A stretch of DNA of 64,000 nt from assembly GCA_963752285.1 (NCBI GenBank), contig CAVVXN010000005.1:1472001-1536000 (forward strand). The letters are read 5' to 3'. The notes beneath the pieces were generated by a model that saw nothing but the letters and a program-made list of their open reading frames with translations, was not told where the DNA came from and ran no database searches. Each line of letters opens with the position of its first letter. The stretch's first letter is position 1. Both the position numbers and the translations under genes were made by a program. Source of the DNA: an uncultured Planctomycetota bacterium. Lineage in GTDB: Bacteria > Planctomycetota > PLA2 > JAEUHO01. This document shows positions 30,147-39,306 of this stretch, piece by piece.

Positions 30147-30192
30147 GACGGGGGGCAAGTGCCGCGGGCGGCTTCCCGCGGCCCGCGGCGTG

Positions 30193-30606
30193 TCACGCCC
30201 CCGGCGCGACGGCGAGGCGGGTCGCGAACATCCAGAACTGACCCTCGGGGTCCGTCGCGCAGTACATGCGGTCGCCCCAGGGCTGGTCGGCCGGCTCGAG
30301 GAGGACGATCGCGCCGCCCTCGCGCGCCCGCTCGCAGTGCGCGTCCACGTCGTCCACGAAGACGTAGACCCCGGCGTGGAGCTTGGGGAGGGAGGAGGCC
30401 TTCGCGACGCGGTTCAGCCCGCCCTCGCCTGCGTGGCCGAGCATGAGGAGGGCCGAGCCGTGCAGGAGCTGCGCGTGCTCGATCCCCCCGCCGGGCGCGG
30501 GGGCGGTGAAGGCGACGGAGAAGCCGAACGCCTTCTCGAGGAAGCGGACGGCCGCTTCGACGTCGGCGTAGAAGAGGTACGGGGCGAGGCTCGGGGCGGG
30601 CGGCAT
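30193..30606 (-). CDS. VOC/glyoxalase family protein
   Basis: PYLFYADVEAA..FL.KAFGF, VDDVDAHCERA..GA, DQPWGDR..DPEG..W. Confidence 0.92.
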   Translation of the reverse strand: MPPAPSLAPYLFYADVEAAVRFLEKAFGFSVAFTAPAPGGGIEHAQLLHGSALLMLGHAGEGGLNRVAKASSLPKLHAGVYVFVDDVDAHCERAREGGAIVLLEPADQPWGDRMYCATDPEGQFWMFATRLAVAPGA

Positions 30607-30658
30607 GGCCGCCAGACTATCCCAACACCCCTCGGCGCGTCCTCGGGATCCACCCGGG

Positions 30659-31621
30659 TCAGATCGGGACGTCCACCTGGGAGACGACGCTGGTCACGAT
30701 CGCCTCCCGCTCGTCTCCCGCGCCCTCGGTCTCGAACCCGGTGCCGATGAGCCGGTGCGCCAGCACCGGCACGGCGAGGGCCTTCACGTCGTCGGGGAGG
30801 ACGTAGGAACGCCCCGCGAGGAAGGCGTGCGCCTGGGAGGCGCGCGTGAGCGCCACGCTGCCCCGCGGGCTCGCCCCCACCGCGAGCTGGCGGTGGCCGC
30901 GGGTCTTCCGCACCACGGCCAGCAGGTAGTCGAGGACCGGCTCCTCGACGCGCACCGCCCGGACGGCGGTCTGCAGACGCTTCACGTCCATGACCGTGAT
31001 GACCGGCTTCAGGTCCGTGAGCGGGTGTTGGAGCCGTTGGGAGAGGACGACCGCCTTCTCGTCCTCCTGAGAGGGGTACCCGATCCGCACGCGGAGCATG
31101 AAGCGGTCGAGCTGGCTCTCGGGAAGCGGGTACGTGCCCTCGAACTCGTACGGGTTCTGCGTCGCGACGACGAAGAACGGCTCGGGCAGCGGGTGCGACG
31201 ACCGGTCCACCGTGACCTGCGCGTCGTTCATGGCCTCGAGGAGCGCCGACTGCGTCCGCGGCGTCGCACGGTTGATCTCGTCGGCCAGGAGGACGTTCGT
31301 GAAGATCGGACCCGGCTTGAACTCGAAGAGGCCCGTCCGCTGGTCGTAGACCGAGACCCCGAGGATGTCGCTCGGGAGCAGGTCGGGCGTGAACTGGACC
31401 CGACGGAAGTCGCCGTCGAGCGAGCGGGCCACGCTCTTCGCGAGAACCGTCTTCCCGACGCCCGGCACGTCTTCGAGCAGGACGTGGCCGCCGGCGAGGA
31501 GTCCGGTCAGGACGGCGCGCACCACGTCGGGCTTCCCGAGGAACACGCGTCCGACGTTCTTCTGCAGCGCGGTGACGAGGGGGATCAGGTCGCTCGTGCT
31601 CGGCGCGGTGGCCTCGGTCAT
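30659..31621 (-). CDS. moxR: MoxR-family AAA+ ATPase
   Basis: HVLLEDVPGVGKT, RVQFTPDLLPSD, DEINRATPRTQSALLEAM, ATQNP.E.EGTYPLPE.QLDRF. Confidence 0.95.
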   Translation of the reverse strand: MTEATAPSTSDLIPLVTALQKNVGRVFLGKPDVVRAVLTGLLAGGHVLLEDVPGVGKTVLAKSVARSLDGDFRRVQFTPDLLPSDILGVSVYDQRTGLFEFKPGPIFTNVLLADEINRATPRTQSALLEAMNDAQVTVDRSSHPLPEPFFVVATQNPYEFEGTYPLPESQLDRFMLRVRIGYPSQEDEKAVVLSQRLQHPLTDLKPVITVMDVKRLQTAVRAVRVEEPVLDYLLAVVRKTRGHRQLAVGASPRGSVALTRASQAHAFLAGRSYVLPDDVKALAVPVLAHRLIGTGFETEGAGDEREAIVTSVVSQVDVPI

Positions 31622-32397
31622 CGATCCCCCTCCTCCTTCGCGAGCCGCGCGGCGACCTCCTCGCTCACGTCGAGGTTCGTGGTCACCGACTGCACGTCGT
31701 CGTTCTCCTCGAGGAGCGCCTGGAGGCGCATCACGCTCCGCGCGGTGTCCTCGTCGGCCTCCACGAGCGATCGCGGGCTCATCTCGAGCTCGGCGCTCGA
31801 GGTCTCGATGCCGGCGTCCCCGAGCGCCTGCTTCACGGCCTCGAGATCGGCAACTCCGCAGGTCACGACGAAGCGTCCGCCTTCGTCGCCGAGGTCCTGG
31901 TGGACGACGTCCTCGGCGCCGGCGTCGATCACGACCTCGAGGATCCGTTCCTCGGTGACCTGCTCGTCGGCGATCTCGACGCGCCCGCGGCGCTCGAACA
32001 TCCACGACACGGAGCCGCTCGCGCCGATCCGCCCCCCGTTGCGGTCGAGGGTCGCGCGGATCTCGGGCGCCGTCCGGTTCCGGTTGTCGGTGAGCGCCTC
32101 GATCAGGAGCGCGACCCCGCCGGGCCCGTAGGCCTCGTACGTGACGTCGGCAAACTGGTCCTCGCCCCCCGCGCCCGACGTCTTGTCGATCAGCCGCTGG
32201 ATCGTGTCCTTCGGCATGTTCGCCGCCCGAGCCTTCTCGACGGCGTACTGCAGCTTCAAGTTGTCGCGCAAAGTCGGCCCAGCCTGCTTCACGGCAGCCT
32301 GGATCAACCGCGAGAGCTTGTTGAATTGCTTCCCGCGCTTGACGTCCACGCGCGCCTTCGCCCGCATGATGTTCGCGAAGTGGCTGTGGCCGGCCAT
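31618..32397 (-). CDS. yebC: YebC/PmpR family protein
   Basis: MAGHS...I..K, YEAYGPGGVA, TDNRNRT, GSVSWMFERRG. Confidence 0.96.
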   Translation of the reverse strand: MAGHSHFANIMRAKARVDVKRGKQFNKLSRLIQAAVKQAGPTLRDNLKLQYAVEKARAANMPKDTIQRLIDKTSGAGGEDQFADVTYEAYGPGGVALLIEALTDNRNRTAPEIRATLDRNGGRIGASGSVSWMFERRGRVEIADEQVTEERILEVVIDAGAEDVVHQDLGDEGGRFVVTCGVADLEAVKQALGDAGIETSSAELEMSPRSLVEADEDTARSVMRLQALLEENDDVQSVTTNLDVSEEVAARLAKEEGDR

Positions 32398-32440
32398 GAC
32401 CCATCATGATACCGCCGGCCCCCTTCCCCACCGCCCCCCC

Positions 32441-33066
32441 GCGACGCGGCGCCGCCCAAGGCGGCCCCGCAAGCGCACGCCCCCCCGCGCGATGCGGCGC
32501 CGCCAAAGGCGGCCCCGCGAGCCCACGCCCCCTCCGCGCGATGCGGCGCCGCCAAAGGCGGCCCCGCGAGCCCCCCATCGCCACACGCGACGCGGCGAGG
32601 CCGAAGGCCGACGCCGCAAGCGCACGCCCCCTCCGCGCGACGCGGCGCCGCCAAAGGCGGCCCCGCGAGCCCCCCATCGCCACACGCGACGCGGCGAGGC
32701 CGAAGGCCGACGCCGCAAGCGCACGCCCCCTCCGCGCGACGCGGCGCCGCCCAAGGCGGCCCCGCGAGCCCCCCATCGCCACACGCGACGCGGCGAGGCC
32801 GAAGGCCGACGCCGCAAGCGCACGCCCCCTCCGCGCGACGCGGCGCCGCCCAAGGCGGCCCCGCGAGCCCCCCATCGCCACACGCGACGCGGCGAGGCCG
32901 AAGGCCGACGCCGCAAGCGCACGCCCCCTCCGCGCGACGCGGCGCCGCCAAAGGCGGCCCCGCGAGCCCCCCATCGCCGCACGCGACGCGGCGAGGCCGA
33001 AGGCCGACGCCGCAAGCGCACGCCCCCTCCGCGCGACGCGGCGCCGCCCAAGGCGGCCCCGCGAGC
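32441..33066. repeat. Tandem array 2: 13 hairpin units of two alternating types (A, B), 99-bp AB period
   Basis: A=GCGAYGCGGCGCCGCCMAAGGCGGCCCCGCRAGC (8 copies); B=GCGACGCGGCGAGGCCGAAGGCCGACGCCGCAAGC (5 copies at 32587, 32686, 32785, 32884, 32983). Confidence 0.95.
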
Positions 33067-33092
33067 CCCCCCGCCCAACCGCCCGCACGCGA

Positions 33093-33194
33093 CCGGCGCG
33101 CTGAGAGGCCAAAGGAGTGGCCATGACGACGACGCCGCGTGCGAATGCACGCAAGGAGGAGGAAGGGCCGCGAACTGGCCTCTCAGCGCGCCGG
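33093..33194. repeat. Structured element copy 2 (64-nt core inside a 19-bp perfect inverted repeat)
   Basis: CCGGCGCGCTGAGAGGCCA...TGGCCTCTCAGCGCGCCGG. Confidence 0.95.
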
Positions 33195-33196
33195 GC

Positions 33197-33595
33197 CTAG
33201 CGCTTGGAGAATTGGAAGCGGGCCCTGGCACCACGCTGGCCGTACTTCTTCCGCTCCTTGGCCCGCGCGTCGCGGGTCAGGTAGCCGGCGCTCCGCAGCG
33301 AACCCTCGAACGTCGGGTTCGCGCTCGCGAGCGCGCGGGCGAGGCCGTGCCGGACCGCGTCCGCCTGGCCCTGGACGCCGCCGCCGCGGACGGAGACGTG
33401 GACGTCGTAGCTCGAGTCCGTACCGGTGAGCCGGAGGGGCTGACGGACGGCGAGGCGTGCGGCGTGCGTGGGGAAGTGCTCGCTCCAGTCGCGACGGTTC
33501 ACCGTCATCTGGCCCGAGCCGGACATGATCCGGACCCGCGCGACCGCCTTCTTCCGGCGGCCCACTCCGCGCACGAACTCCGATCGCTCCACCAT
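33197..33595 (-). CDS. rpsI: 30S ribosomal protein S9
   Basis: GRRKKAVARV, GGG..GQADAVRHG, LTRDAR.KERKKYG, QFSKR. Confidence 0.98.
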   Translation of the reverse strand: MVERSEFVRGVGRRKKAVARVRIMSGSGQMTVNRRDWSEHFPTHAARLAVRQPLRLTGTDSSYDVHVSVRGGGVQGQADAVRHGLARALASANPTFEGSLRSAGYLTRDARAKERKKYGQRGARARFQFSKR

Positions 33596-33599
33596 CGGG

Positions 33600-34064
33600 C
33601 TACTCCTGGTCGCCGGCCGGGCCGAAGGACAGCGGCTCGGGCTTCTGCGCGTGGTGCCGGTGATGCTCGTCCTTGTACACCTTGAGCTTCCTCAGCATGT
33701 GTCGGCCGAGGGTCGTCTTGGGGAGCATCCTGCGGACGGCCAGACGGACGATGTCCTCGGGGTGCTTCGACCGCATCTGCTCGAAGGACTCCTCGACCAG
33801 CCCGCCGGGGTAGCCGGTGTGGCGACGGTAGACCTTCTTCTCGGCCTTCCGCCCCGTCACGACGACCTGGGCGGCGTTCGTGACGACGACGAAGTCGCCC
33901 GTGTCGGCGTGCGGTGTGTACGAGGGCTTGTGCTTGCCCATGAGCACGCGCGCGATGCCGGCCGCCATGCGGCCCAGGCGTTCACGGGAGGCGTCCACGA
34001 CGAACCACGTCGCGTGGGCGCGGTCGGTCGAGGCGAGCGTCGTTCGGTTCATGGCGTCTTGCAT
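33600..34064 (-). CDS. rplM: 50S ribosomal protein L13 (start 34064 or 34052)
   Basis: WFVVDA...LGR, GKHKPSYTPH.DTGDFVVV.NA, HTGYPGGL, MLPK. Confidence 0.98.
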   Translation of the reverse strand: MQDAMNRTTLASTDRAHATWFVVDASRERLGRMAAGIARVLMGKHKPSYTPHADTGDFVVVTNAAQVVVTGRKAEKKVYRRHTGYPGGLVEESFEQMRSKHPEDIVRLAVRRMLPKTTLGRHMLRKLKVYKDEHHRHHAQKPEPLSFGPAGDQE

Positions 34065-34182
34065 GGGAGACCCGGAGGGAAGCGCCCGAAGGTACGGCGA
34101 GGCGCCGGTCGGTCAAGCGGGGGTGGCGCGGAGAGGGCCCGAATCCGTGTCGCCGGGGGCCGGCCCCCCGGGTCCGGCCCCC

Positions 34183-35832
34183 CTAGCGGGTCCCGGCCGG
34201 CCAGGTCACCACGAAGGCCGGGGTCTCGCGCTCGCCCTCGATTTCCACGTCCAGGGCGGGGACCCGCCCGACCCGCACGTCCTTGGGCGCGACCTCACCC
34301 CTCAGGAGCGCCAGGGCCGCGCCCCCGCGCGGGTCCTCGCGCTCGCCGGGGACCACGCCCGTGGCGAGCTGCTCCCGTACGACCCACCCGCGTTCGCCGG
34401 GTCCGAGCTCGACCCGGCCGCCGGCGTCCAGGTCCAGGCCCAGGGTGCGGACGATCCCTCCGCCGCGCCAGTGGACCTCGCCCTGCCAGCCCGCCGAGGA
34501 GGCCTCGAGGAGGACGGCCTCCACCCGGCGGCCGCCGCCGCCGCCGAGGTCCAGGAGCACGCCTGTGACGGCGAGCCCCGGGCCCGACGGCACGATCCAG
34601 AGCAGGCCGACGGACGCCGCGACCGCGGGGCCGGCGAGGACGAGGACGCGGAACAGGCCCCGTCGCGCGAGCCGGTCGAGGATCCCGACGACGAGCGCAT
34701 AGGCGAGGAGGAGGACGCCCGCCGCGCGGTGGTCCGCGGGGTGGCGCGCCCCGGCGGAGGAGAGGGCCGCCGCGGCGGCGCGCGCCGCGGACGGCCCGTC
34801 GTCGAACGCGGTCGAGAGGCGCGGTCGCCACCCGCCCTCGCCAAGGATCCCGATCGCGTCCGACGCGGACCCTGCGCGCACGACGCGACCCAGGCCGAAG
34901 TCGCGCGCGGACTCCGGGCCAACCTCGCGGGACGCGCCCGCCCGGCCGAGGAGGGCGCCGAGGCGAACCGGCATCGCCTCGGGGCCCGCGGTCGTGACGA
35001 GGAGCCCGCCGCGACGCACGAAGCTCGCCACCTCCTCGGCCCAGCGCGGGCCGTCGGGGTCGGCGTCGTCCCACGCGCCGGGCAGGAGGACGGCCGCGTC
35101 GAACGCGTCGAGCTCGAGCGAAGACGGGAACGGAGCCTCCGGCGCGGGGACGAACGTCGCCGCGAGGCCCTCCACGACCGAGGGGGCGGCCGGGCCGCCG
35201 AGGAGCAGGACCCGCGGGCGAGGACCCTCGCGCGCGCCGCGCGGCGCGGGGACCAGCCACGGACCCGGACCCGACGCGAGCGGCGAGGTCGCCACGACGA
35301 CGGGCGCGCCCTGGAAGGGGCCGACGGGCGGCGTCGTGTCGGACGGGCGGGTCGGCGTGGACCGCGCGTCGCGGATCCGGACGGAGGGCGCGAGCCACCC
35401 GCCGGGCACGATCTCGCGCGCCGCGTGGCCGAGCACGAGGTTCCCCCCCAGGAGGACGAGGACCGCCACGGCGAGACGCCGCGCCCACGCGCGCGGCAGC
35501 GCGGCGACGCTCGTCGCGAGCGCGAGGAGGACCCACCAGCCGGCGCCGGGGAGAGCGAGGACGTCTCGGGGCGATGGCGTGCCGGCGAGGCCGAACACGA
35601 CGAACGGGGCCACGGCGACGACGAGCGCCAAGACGCGCCGCGGCCCCGCCGCATCCGGGCCCGAGAGCCAGGGCACGACGGCGAGCGCGAAGAGGGCGGT
35701 CAGGACCAGCACGAAGACGAGGAGCCCGTGCGGCCCCGACGGGAGCAGCCCGATCGGCACGAGTCCCGTGGCGGAGAGCACGGGGGCCGCGAGGAGGACC
35801 AAGAGGACGGGCAGGGCGAGGTCGCGGCTCAC
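34183..35832 (-). CDS. Hypothetical multi-pass membrane protein with soluble domain
   Basis: GTG overlaps the ftsQ-like stop (GTGA); about 5 N-terminal TMs, a soluble region (FVRRGGLLV..; DFGLGRVV), then 2 more TMs. Confidence 0.7.
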   Translation of the reverse strand: MSRDLALPVLLVLLAAPVLSATGLVPIGLLPSGPHGLLVFVLVLTALFALAVVPWLSGPDAAGPRRVLALVVAVAPFVVFGLAGTPSPRDVLALPGAGWWVLLALATSVAALPRAWARRLAVAVLVLLGGNLVLGHAAREIVPGGWLAPSVRIRDARSTPTRPSDTTPPVGPFQGAPVVVATSPLASGPGPWLVPAPRGAREGPRPRVLLLGGPAAPSVVEGLAATFVPAPEAPFPSSLELDAFDAAVLLPGAWDDADPDGPRWAEEVASFVRRGGLLVTTAGPEAMPVRLGALLGRAGASREVGPESARDFGLGRVVRAGSASDAIGILGEGGWRPRLSTAFDDGPSAARAAAAALSSAGARHPADHRAAGVLLLAYALVVGILDRLARRGLFRVLVLAGPAVAASVGLLWIVPSGPGLAVTGVLLDLGGGGGRRVEAVLLEASSAGWQGEVHWRGGGIVRTLGLDLDAGGRVELGPGERGWVVREQLATGVVPGEREDPRGGAALALLRGEVAPKDVRVGRVPALDVEIEGERETPAFVVTWPAGTR

Positions 35833-36803
35833 CGGGGGACGGGACTCTCGCGCGCCTCCTCGGGGAGCCGATACCGCACGTCGATCGCGCTGCGCGAGGA
35901 CGCCGCGCGGCGGGAGAGGAGGACGCCCAGTCGCCACCGCTTCGTCGCGTAGTCGTCCTCGCCCGCCACGGCCTCGATGGCGCGCTCGGTTCGGCCCCAC
36001 TCGATCGGCGTCCCGTCGTCGAGGATCAGACGCACCTCGCCCTTGCGCCGCCGCTCGGGCGCCGCGGGAAACGAGCCGACGTCGATCGTCTCGACGCGGA
36101 GGCGGCCCGAGAGGTCGCGGTAGAGCGCGGCGCCGACGCGCGCGGCGGCGAGCCCCTCGAGGATCTGCTCGTCGCGGTCCTCCCACGCCTGGCCGGCGTA
36201 GCGCGGCGGCGCCGCACGGACACCGACCACCTTCGGCAGCGGGATCCGGAGGCGGCGGAGCCAGTACGCGTAGACGCGTTCGTCGAGGCGTCGCGCGTCC
36301 GACGAGACGAGGACCCAGCCGATCCTCGGCGCGGACACCCTGAACCACGCCGCGGGACGACGGGGGACGATCTGGACACGCGCCTCGTCGGGGTAGCGGA
36401 TCACGACCGAGGTGACGGACTGCACCATGGGGTGCCGCGCCACGGCCTCGCGCACGTGGGCTTCGGCCGCCGGGTCGAAGACCGACGCCGCCGGGAACGA
36501 GAGCGAGCGCGGGTCGTTCAGCGACCGCCACACGAGCGGGCCGATCGCGGGGTCGAGGCCGACGTAGTGGACGTTCGCGGGGCCGATCCGGTAGGCGCGG
36601 ATCTGGTACGCGTACGCGCGCGCGCCCCGGAGGACCAGGCCGACGGCCAGCAGCGCGACGGCGACGGTGGTCAGGCGCGCGAGCCACCGCCCGGCCGGGG
36701 ACGAGAGGAGCGCCGCGAGGCGCGCGAGGTACCCGGGCGGAGGAGAGGAGCGGGCCATGACGTAGGGGCGAACGTCTCCCTTCGGCTCAGGGTTCGCCTC
36801 CAT
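35829..36803 (-). CDS. ftsQ: FtsQ/DivIB-like cell division protein
   Basis: Single TM, POTRA-like HPMVQSVTSVVIRYPDEARVQIVPRRPAA, C-terminal IEWG...IDVRY; position after murB. Confidence 0.7.
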   Translation of the reverse strand: MEANPEPKGDVRPYVMARSSPPPGYLARLAALLSSPAGRWLARLTTVAVALLAVGLVLRGARAYAYQIRAYRIGPANVHYVGLDPAIGPLVWRSLNDPRSLSFPAASVFDPAAEAHVREAVARHPMVQSVTSVVIRYPDEARVQIVPRRPAAWFRVSAPRIGWVLVSSDARRLDERVYAYWLRRLRIPLPKVVGVRAAPPRYAGQAWEDRDEQILEGLAAARVGAALYRDLSGRLRVETIDVGSFPAAPERRRKGEVRLILDDGTPIEWGRTERAIEAVAGEDDYATKRWRLGVLLSRRAASSRSAIDVRYRLPEEARESPVPR

Positions 36804-36869
36804 GATCTCGGTCGGTCGCGAGCGGGGACCGCTGAAGGGCCGGCGCGCGGGGCGCCCGGCGCCGGGCCG

Positions 36870-37748
36870 TCAGCGCCAGACGCGGACCTCGAGCTCCAGG
36901 TCCACCCCGTGGCGGTCGCGGACGGCCGCGCGCACCTCCTCGATCAGGCGCAGCACGTCCTCGCCGGAGGCATGCTGGTCGTTCACGATGAAGTTCGCGT
37001 GGCGGTCCGAGACCACGGCGCCACCCTCCCGGCGTCCCTTCAGGCCCGCGGCGTCGATCAGGCGGCCCGCGGAGGTACCCGGCGGGTTCTTGAAGACGCA
37101 GCCCGCGCTCCAGGAGGAGAGCGGCTGCGAGCGCTGCTTCTCCGCGCGCGCCTCGTCGTAGACGCGGCGGAGGAGGACGAGGTCGGCCTGCGGGTCGCGG
37201 CGGAACGTCGCGCCGGTGACGAGGGCGTCTCCGAAGGGGCTTCGTCGGTAGCCGAAGTCGGCGGCGGTGACGCGCCTCGTGAAGCGACGACCGTCCGCGT
37301 CCACGGCCTCGACCTCGCGGAGGGCGTCGGCGACGCAGCCGAACCGTCCGCCCGCGTTCATCGCGACGGCGCCGCCGACGGTCCCGGGGATGCCGGGGCA
37401 GCCGGCGAGCGCGGGCACGCCGTGGGAGAGCGCGAGGCGGACGAGCGCCGGGAAGGGCACGCCCGCGCCGGCGCGCACGCGGTCGCCCTCGACCTCGACC
37501 CGCCGGAGGCGCCGCGTGTCCACGACGGCGCCCGCGAGGGTCCCCGACAGCACGACGAGGTTCGACCCCCCGCCCAGCGCTCGCCACGGGACGCCGTGCC
37601 GGCGGCAGAGGCGCACCGCCTCGGCGGCCTCCTCCGCGGAGGTCGGCTCGAAGAGCCACTCGGGCGTGCCGCCGACCCGGAGCGAGGTGCGCTCCGCGAG
37701 GCGGACCGCGCGGGCGCGGGCCTCAGCGAAGGCGGTCGGCCAGACCAC
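36870..37748 (-). CDS. murB: UDP-N-acetylmuramate dehydrogenase
   Basis: LGGGSNL, GIPGTVGGAVAMNAG, FGYRRS, SAGCVFKNP, HANFIVN. Confidence 0.96.
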   Translation of the reverse strand: MVWPTAFAEARARAVRLAERTSLRVGGTPEWLFEPTSAEEAAEAVRLCRRHGVPWRALGGGSNLVVLSGTLAGAVVDTRRLRRVEVEGDRVRAGAGVPFPALVRLALSHGVPALAGCPGIPGTVGGAVAMNAGGRFGCVADALREVEAVDADGRRFTRRVTAADFGYRRSPFGDALVTGATFRRDPQADLVLLRRVYDEARAEKQRSQPLSSWSAGCVFKNPPGTSAGRLIDAAGLKGRREGGAVVSDRHANFIVNDQHASGEDVLRLIEEVRAAVRDRHGVDLELEVRVWR

Positions 37749-39306
37749 GAGATACCTCGTCCACGTCGCCCGCCCCCATCGTGACGACCACGTCGCCCGG
37801 TCGAACGCTCTTCGCGCCGTGCTTCACCACCGCCTGGAGGTCGGGGAACGAGGTGGCGTGGCCCCTCGCCTCGACGATCCGGGACGCAAGGTCGGCAGAC
37901 GACACGCTTCTCTGCTCCTCGTCCGTGTCGCGCGCGAAGTAGATCGGCGCGAGCCACACCTCGTCCGCTTCGGCCAGCGCCGTCGCGAACTCGGGGAGGA
38001 GGCGCCGCGTGCGGCTCGCCTGGTGGGGTTGGAACACGACGACCAGCCGGCGCCCGGGGTAGCGGCCGCGGAGCGCGCCGAGGGTCGCGCGGATCTCGGC
38101 TGGGTGGTGCCCGTAGTCGTCGAGGACGAGCACGCCGCAAAGGTCCGCGACGCGCTCGAGCCGGCGGCCGACGCCGGGGAAGACCTGGAACGCGCGGGCC
38201 ACCTCCTCGAGGTCCAGCCCCGCGGCCACGAGCGCGGCGGCCGCCGCGGCCGCGTCGAGCGCGTAGTGCGCGCCGAGGAGCGGCACCTCCAGGCGCACGG
38301 ACCGCCGGTCGCGTCGCCGCAGGAGGAACCGCTGGCGATGGCCCGACGCCGAGGGCTCCGCGTCGAGCACGCGCCAGGTCGCGCCCGCGCCGGTGCCGTG
38401 CGTCTCGACGGGTGCGCGGACGCGGGGGTCGCTCTGGAACGTGGCGCCGTGCGCCTCGCCCACGATGAGCACGCCCTCGCGCGGAACCCGCGCGGCGAAC
38501 GAGAGGAACGCCTCCTCGATCTCGGCGAGGTCGCGGTAGTAGTCGAGGTGGTCGAGGTCCACGTTCAGCACGACGCCGACGCGCGGCACGTGCTCGAGAA
38601 AGCTCCGGTCGTACTCGCACGCCTCCGCCACGAAGTGCTCGCCGCGGCCGCTCCGCGCCCCGCTCCCGACGCCCGAGAGCGACCCGCCGATCACGTAGCT
38701 CGGGTCGCGGCCCGCGTGGAGGAGGCCCCACGCGACGAGGGCGGTGGTGGTGGTCTTGCCGTGGCAGCCGGCGATCGAGATGCCGCGGCGGTCGGACATC
38801 AGGGCGCCGAGCAGGCGCGCGTACTTCCACGTCGCGATGCCGCGGCGGCGCGCCTCCTGGAGGCGGGGGTGGGCCAGCGGGACGGCGGCGGAGGCGACGA
38901 CGAGGTCCACGTCGTCGGGGATCGGCTGGTCGTCCGTACCGACCACGACCCCGACGCGGGCCAGGCGTTCGGCCCGCGGGCCGGGAGCGCGGTCGGCCCC
39001 GCCCGCGAGGAGGCCGCGCGCGGCGAGGATCTCGGCGACCGCGCTCATGCCCGCGCCTTCGACGCCCAGGAGCCACACGCGGCGGCTCGCGTCGAGGCCG
39101 CCGGCGGCGGCGGCCGGGAGCGGGCCCGGCCCCGGGGGGTCCGAGCGGGCGGGGGGCGGGTCGGGGGCGGACACGGGGGGCGGCGGCGTCCTCGGGCTCG
39201 TCTCGGCGGACAGCATCGGCGGGGAGGACGACATCGTCCTCGACGTGGACCGGGCGGGAGGGAACGGGGGCTCGTCGGGAGCGCACGGGACTCGATCGAC
39301 GATCAT
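37723..39306 (-). CDS. murC: UDP-N-acetylmuramate--L-alanine ligase (start 39306 or 39234)
   Basis: GVEGAGMSAVA, AGCHGKTTTT, EACEYDRSF, DDYGHHPAEI, VFQPHQ.SRT, MGAGD. Confidence 0.95.
   Translation of the reverse strand: MIVDRVPCAPDEPPFPPARSTSRTMSSSPPMLSAETSPRTPPPPVSAPDPPPARSDPPGPGPLPAAAAGGLDASRRVWLLGVEGAGMSAVAEILAARGLLAGGADRAPGPRAERLARVGVVVGTDDQPIPDDVDLVVASAAVPLAHPRLQEARRRGIATWKYARLLGALMSDRRGISIAGCHGKTTTTALVAWGLLHAGRDPSYVIGGSLSGVGSGARSGRGEHFVAEACEYDRSFLEHVPRVGVVLNVDLDHLDYYRDLAEIEEAFLSFAARVPREGVLIVGEAHGATFQSDPRVRAPVETHGTGAGATWRVLDAEPSASGHRQRFLLRRRDRRSVRLEVPLLGAHYALDAAAAAAALVAAGLDLEEVARAFQVFPGVGRRLERVADLCGVLVLDDYGHHPAEIRATLGALRGRYPGRRLVVVFQPHQASRTRRLLPEFATALAEADEVWLAPIYFARDTDEEQRSVSSADLASRIVEARGHATSFPDLQAVVKHGAKSVRPGDVVVTMGAGDVDEVSRGLADRLR

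Noticed and set aside
32141..33685. Repeat-peptide ORFs across the arrays (also 11530-12234 and 50142-50535)
   Set aside because: Open in several frames on both strands because of GC content and the 99-bp period; the conservation fits hairpin structure, not codons.
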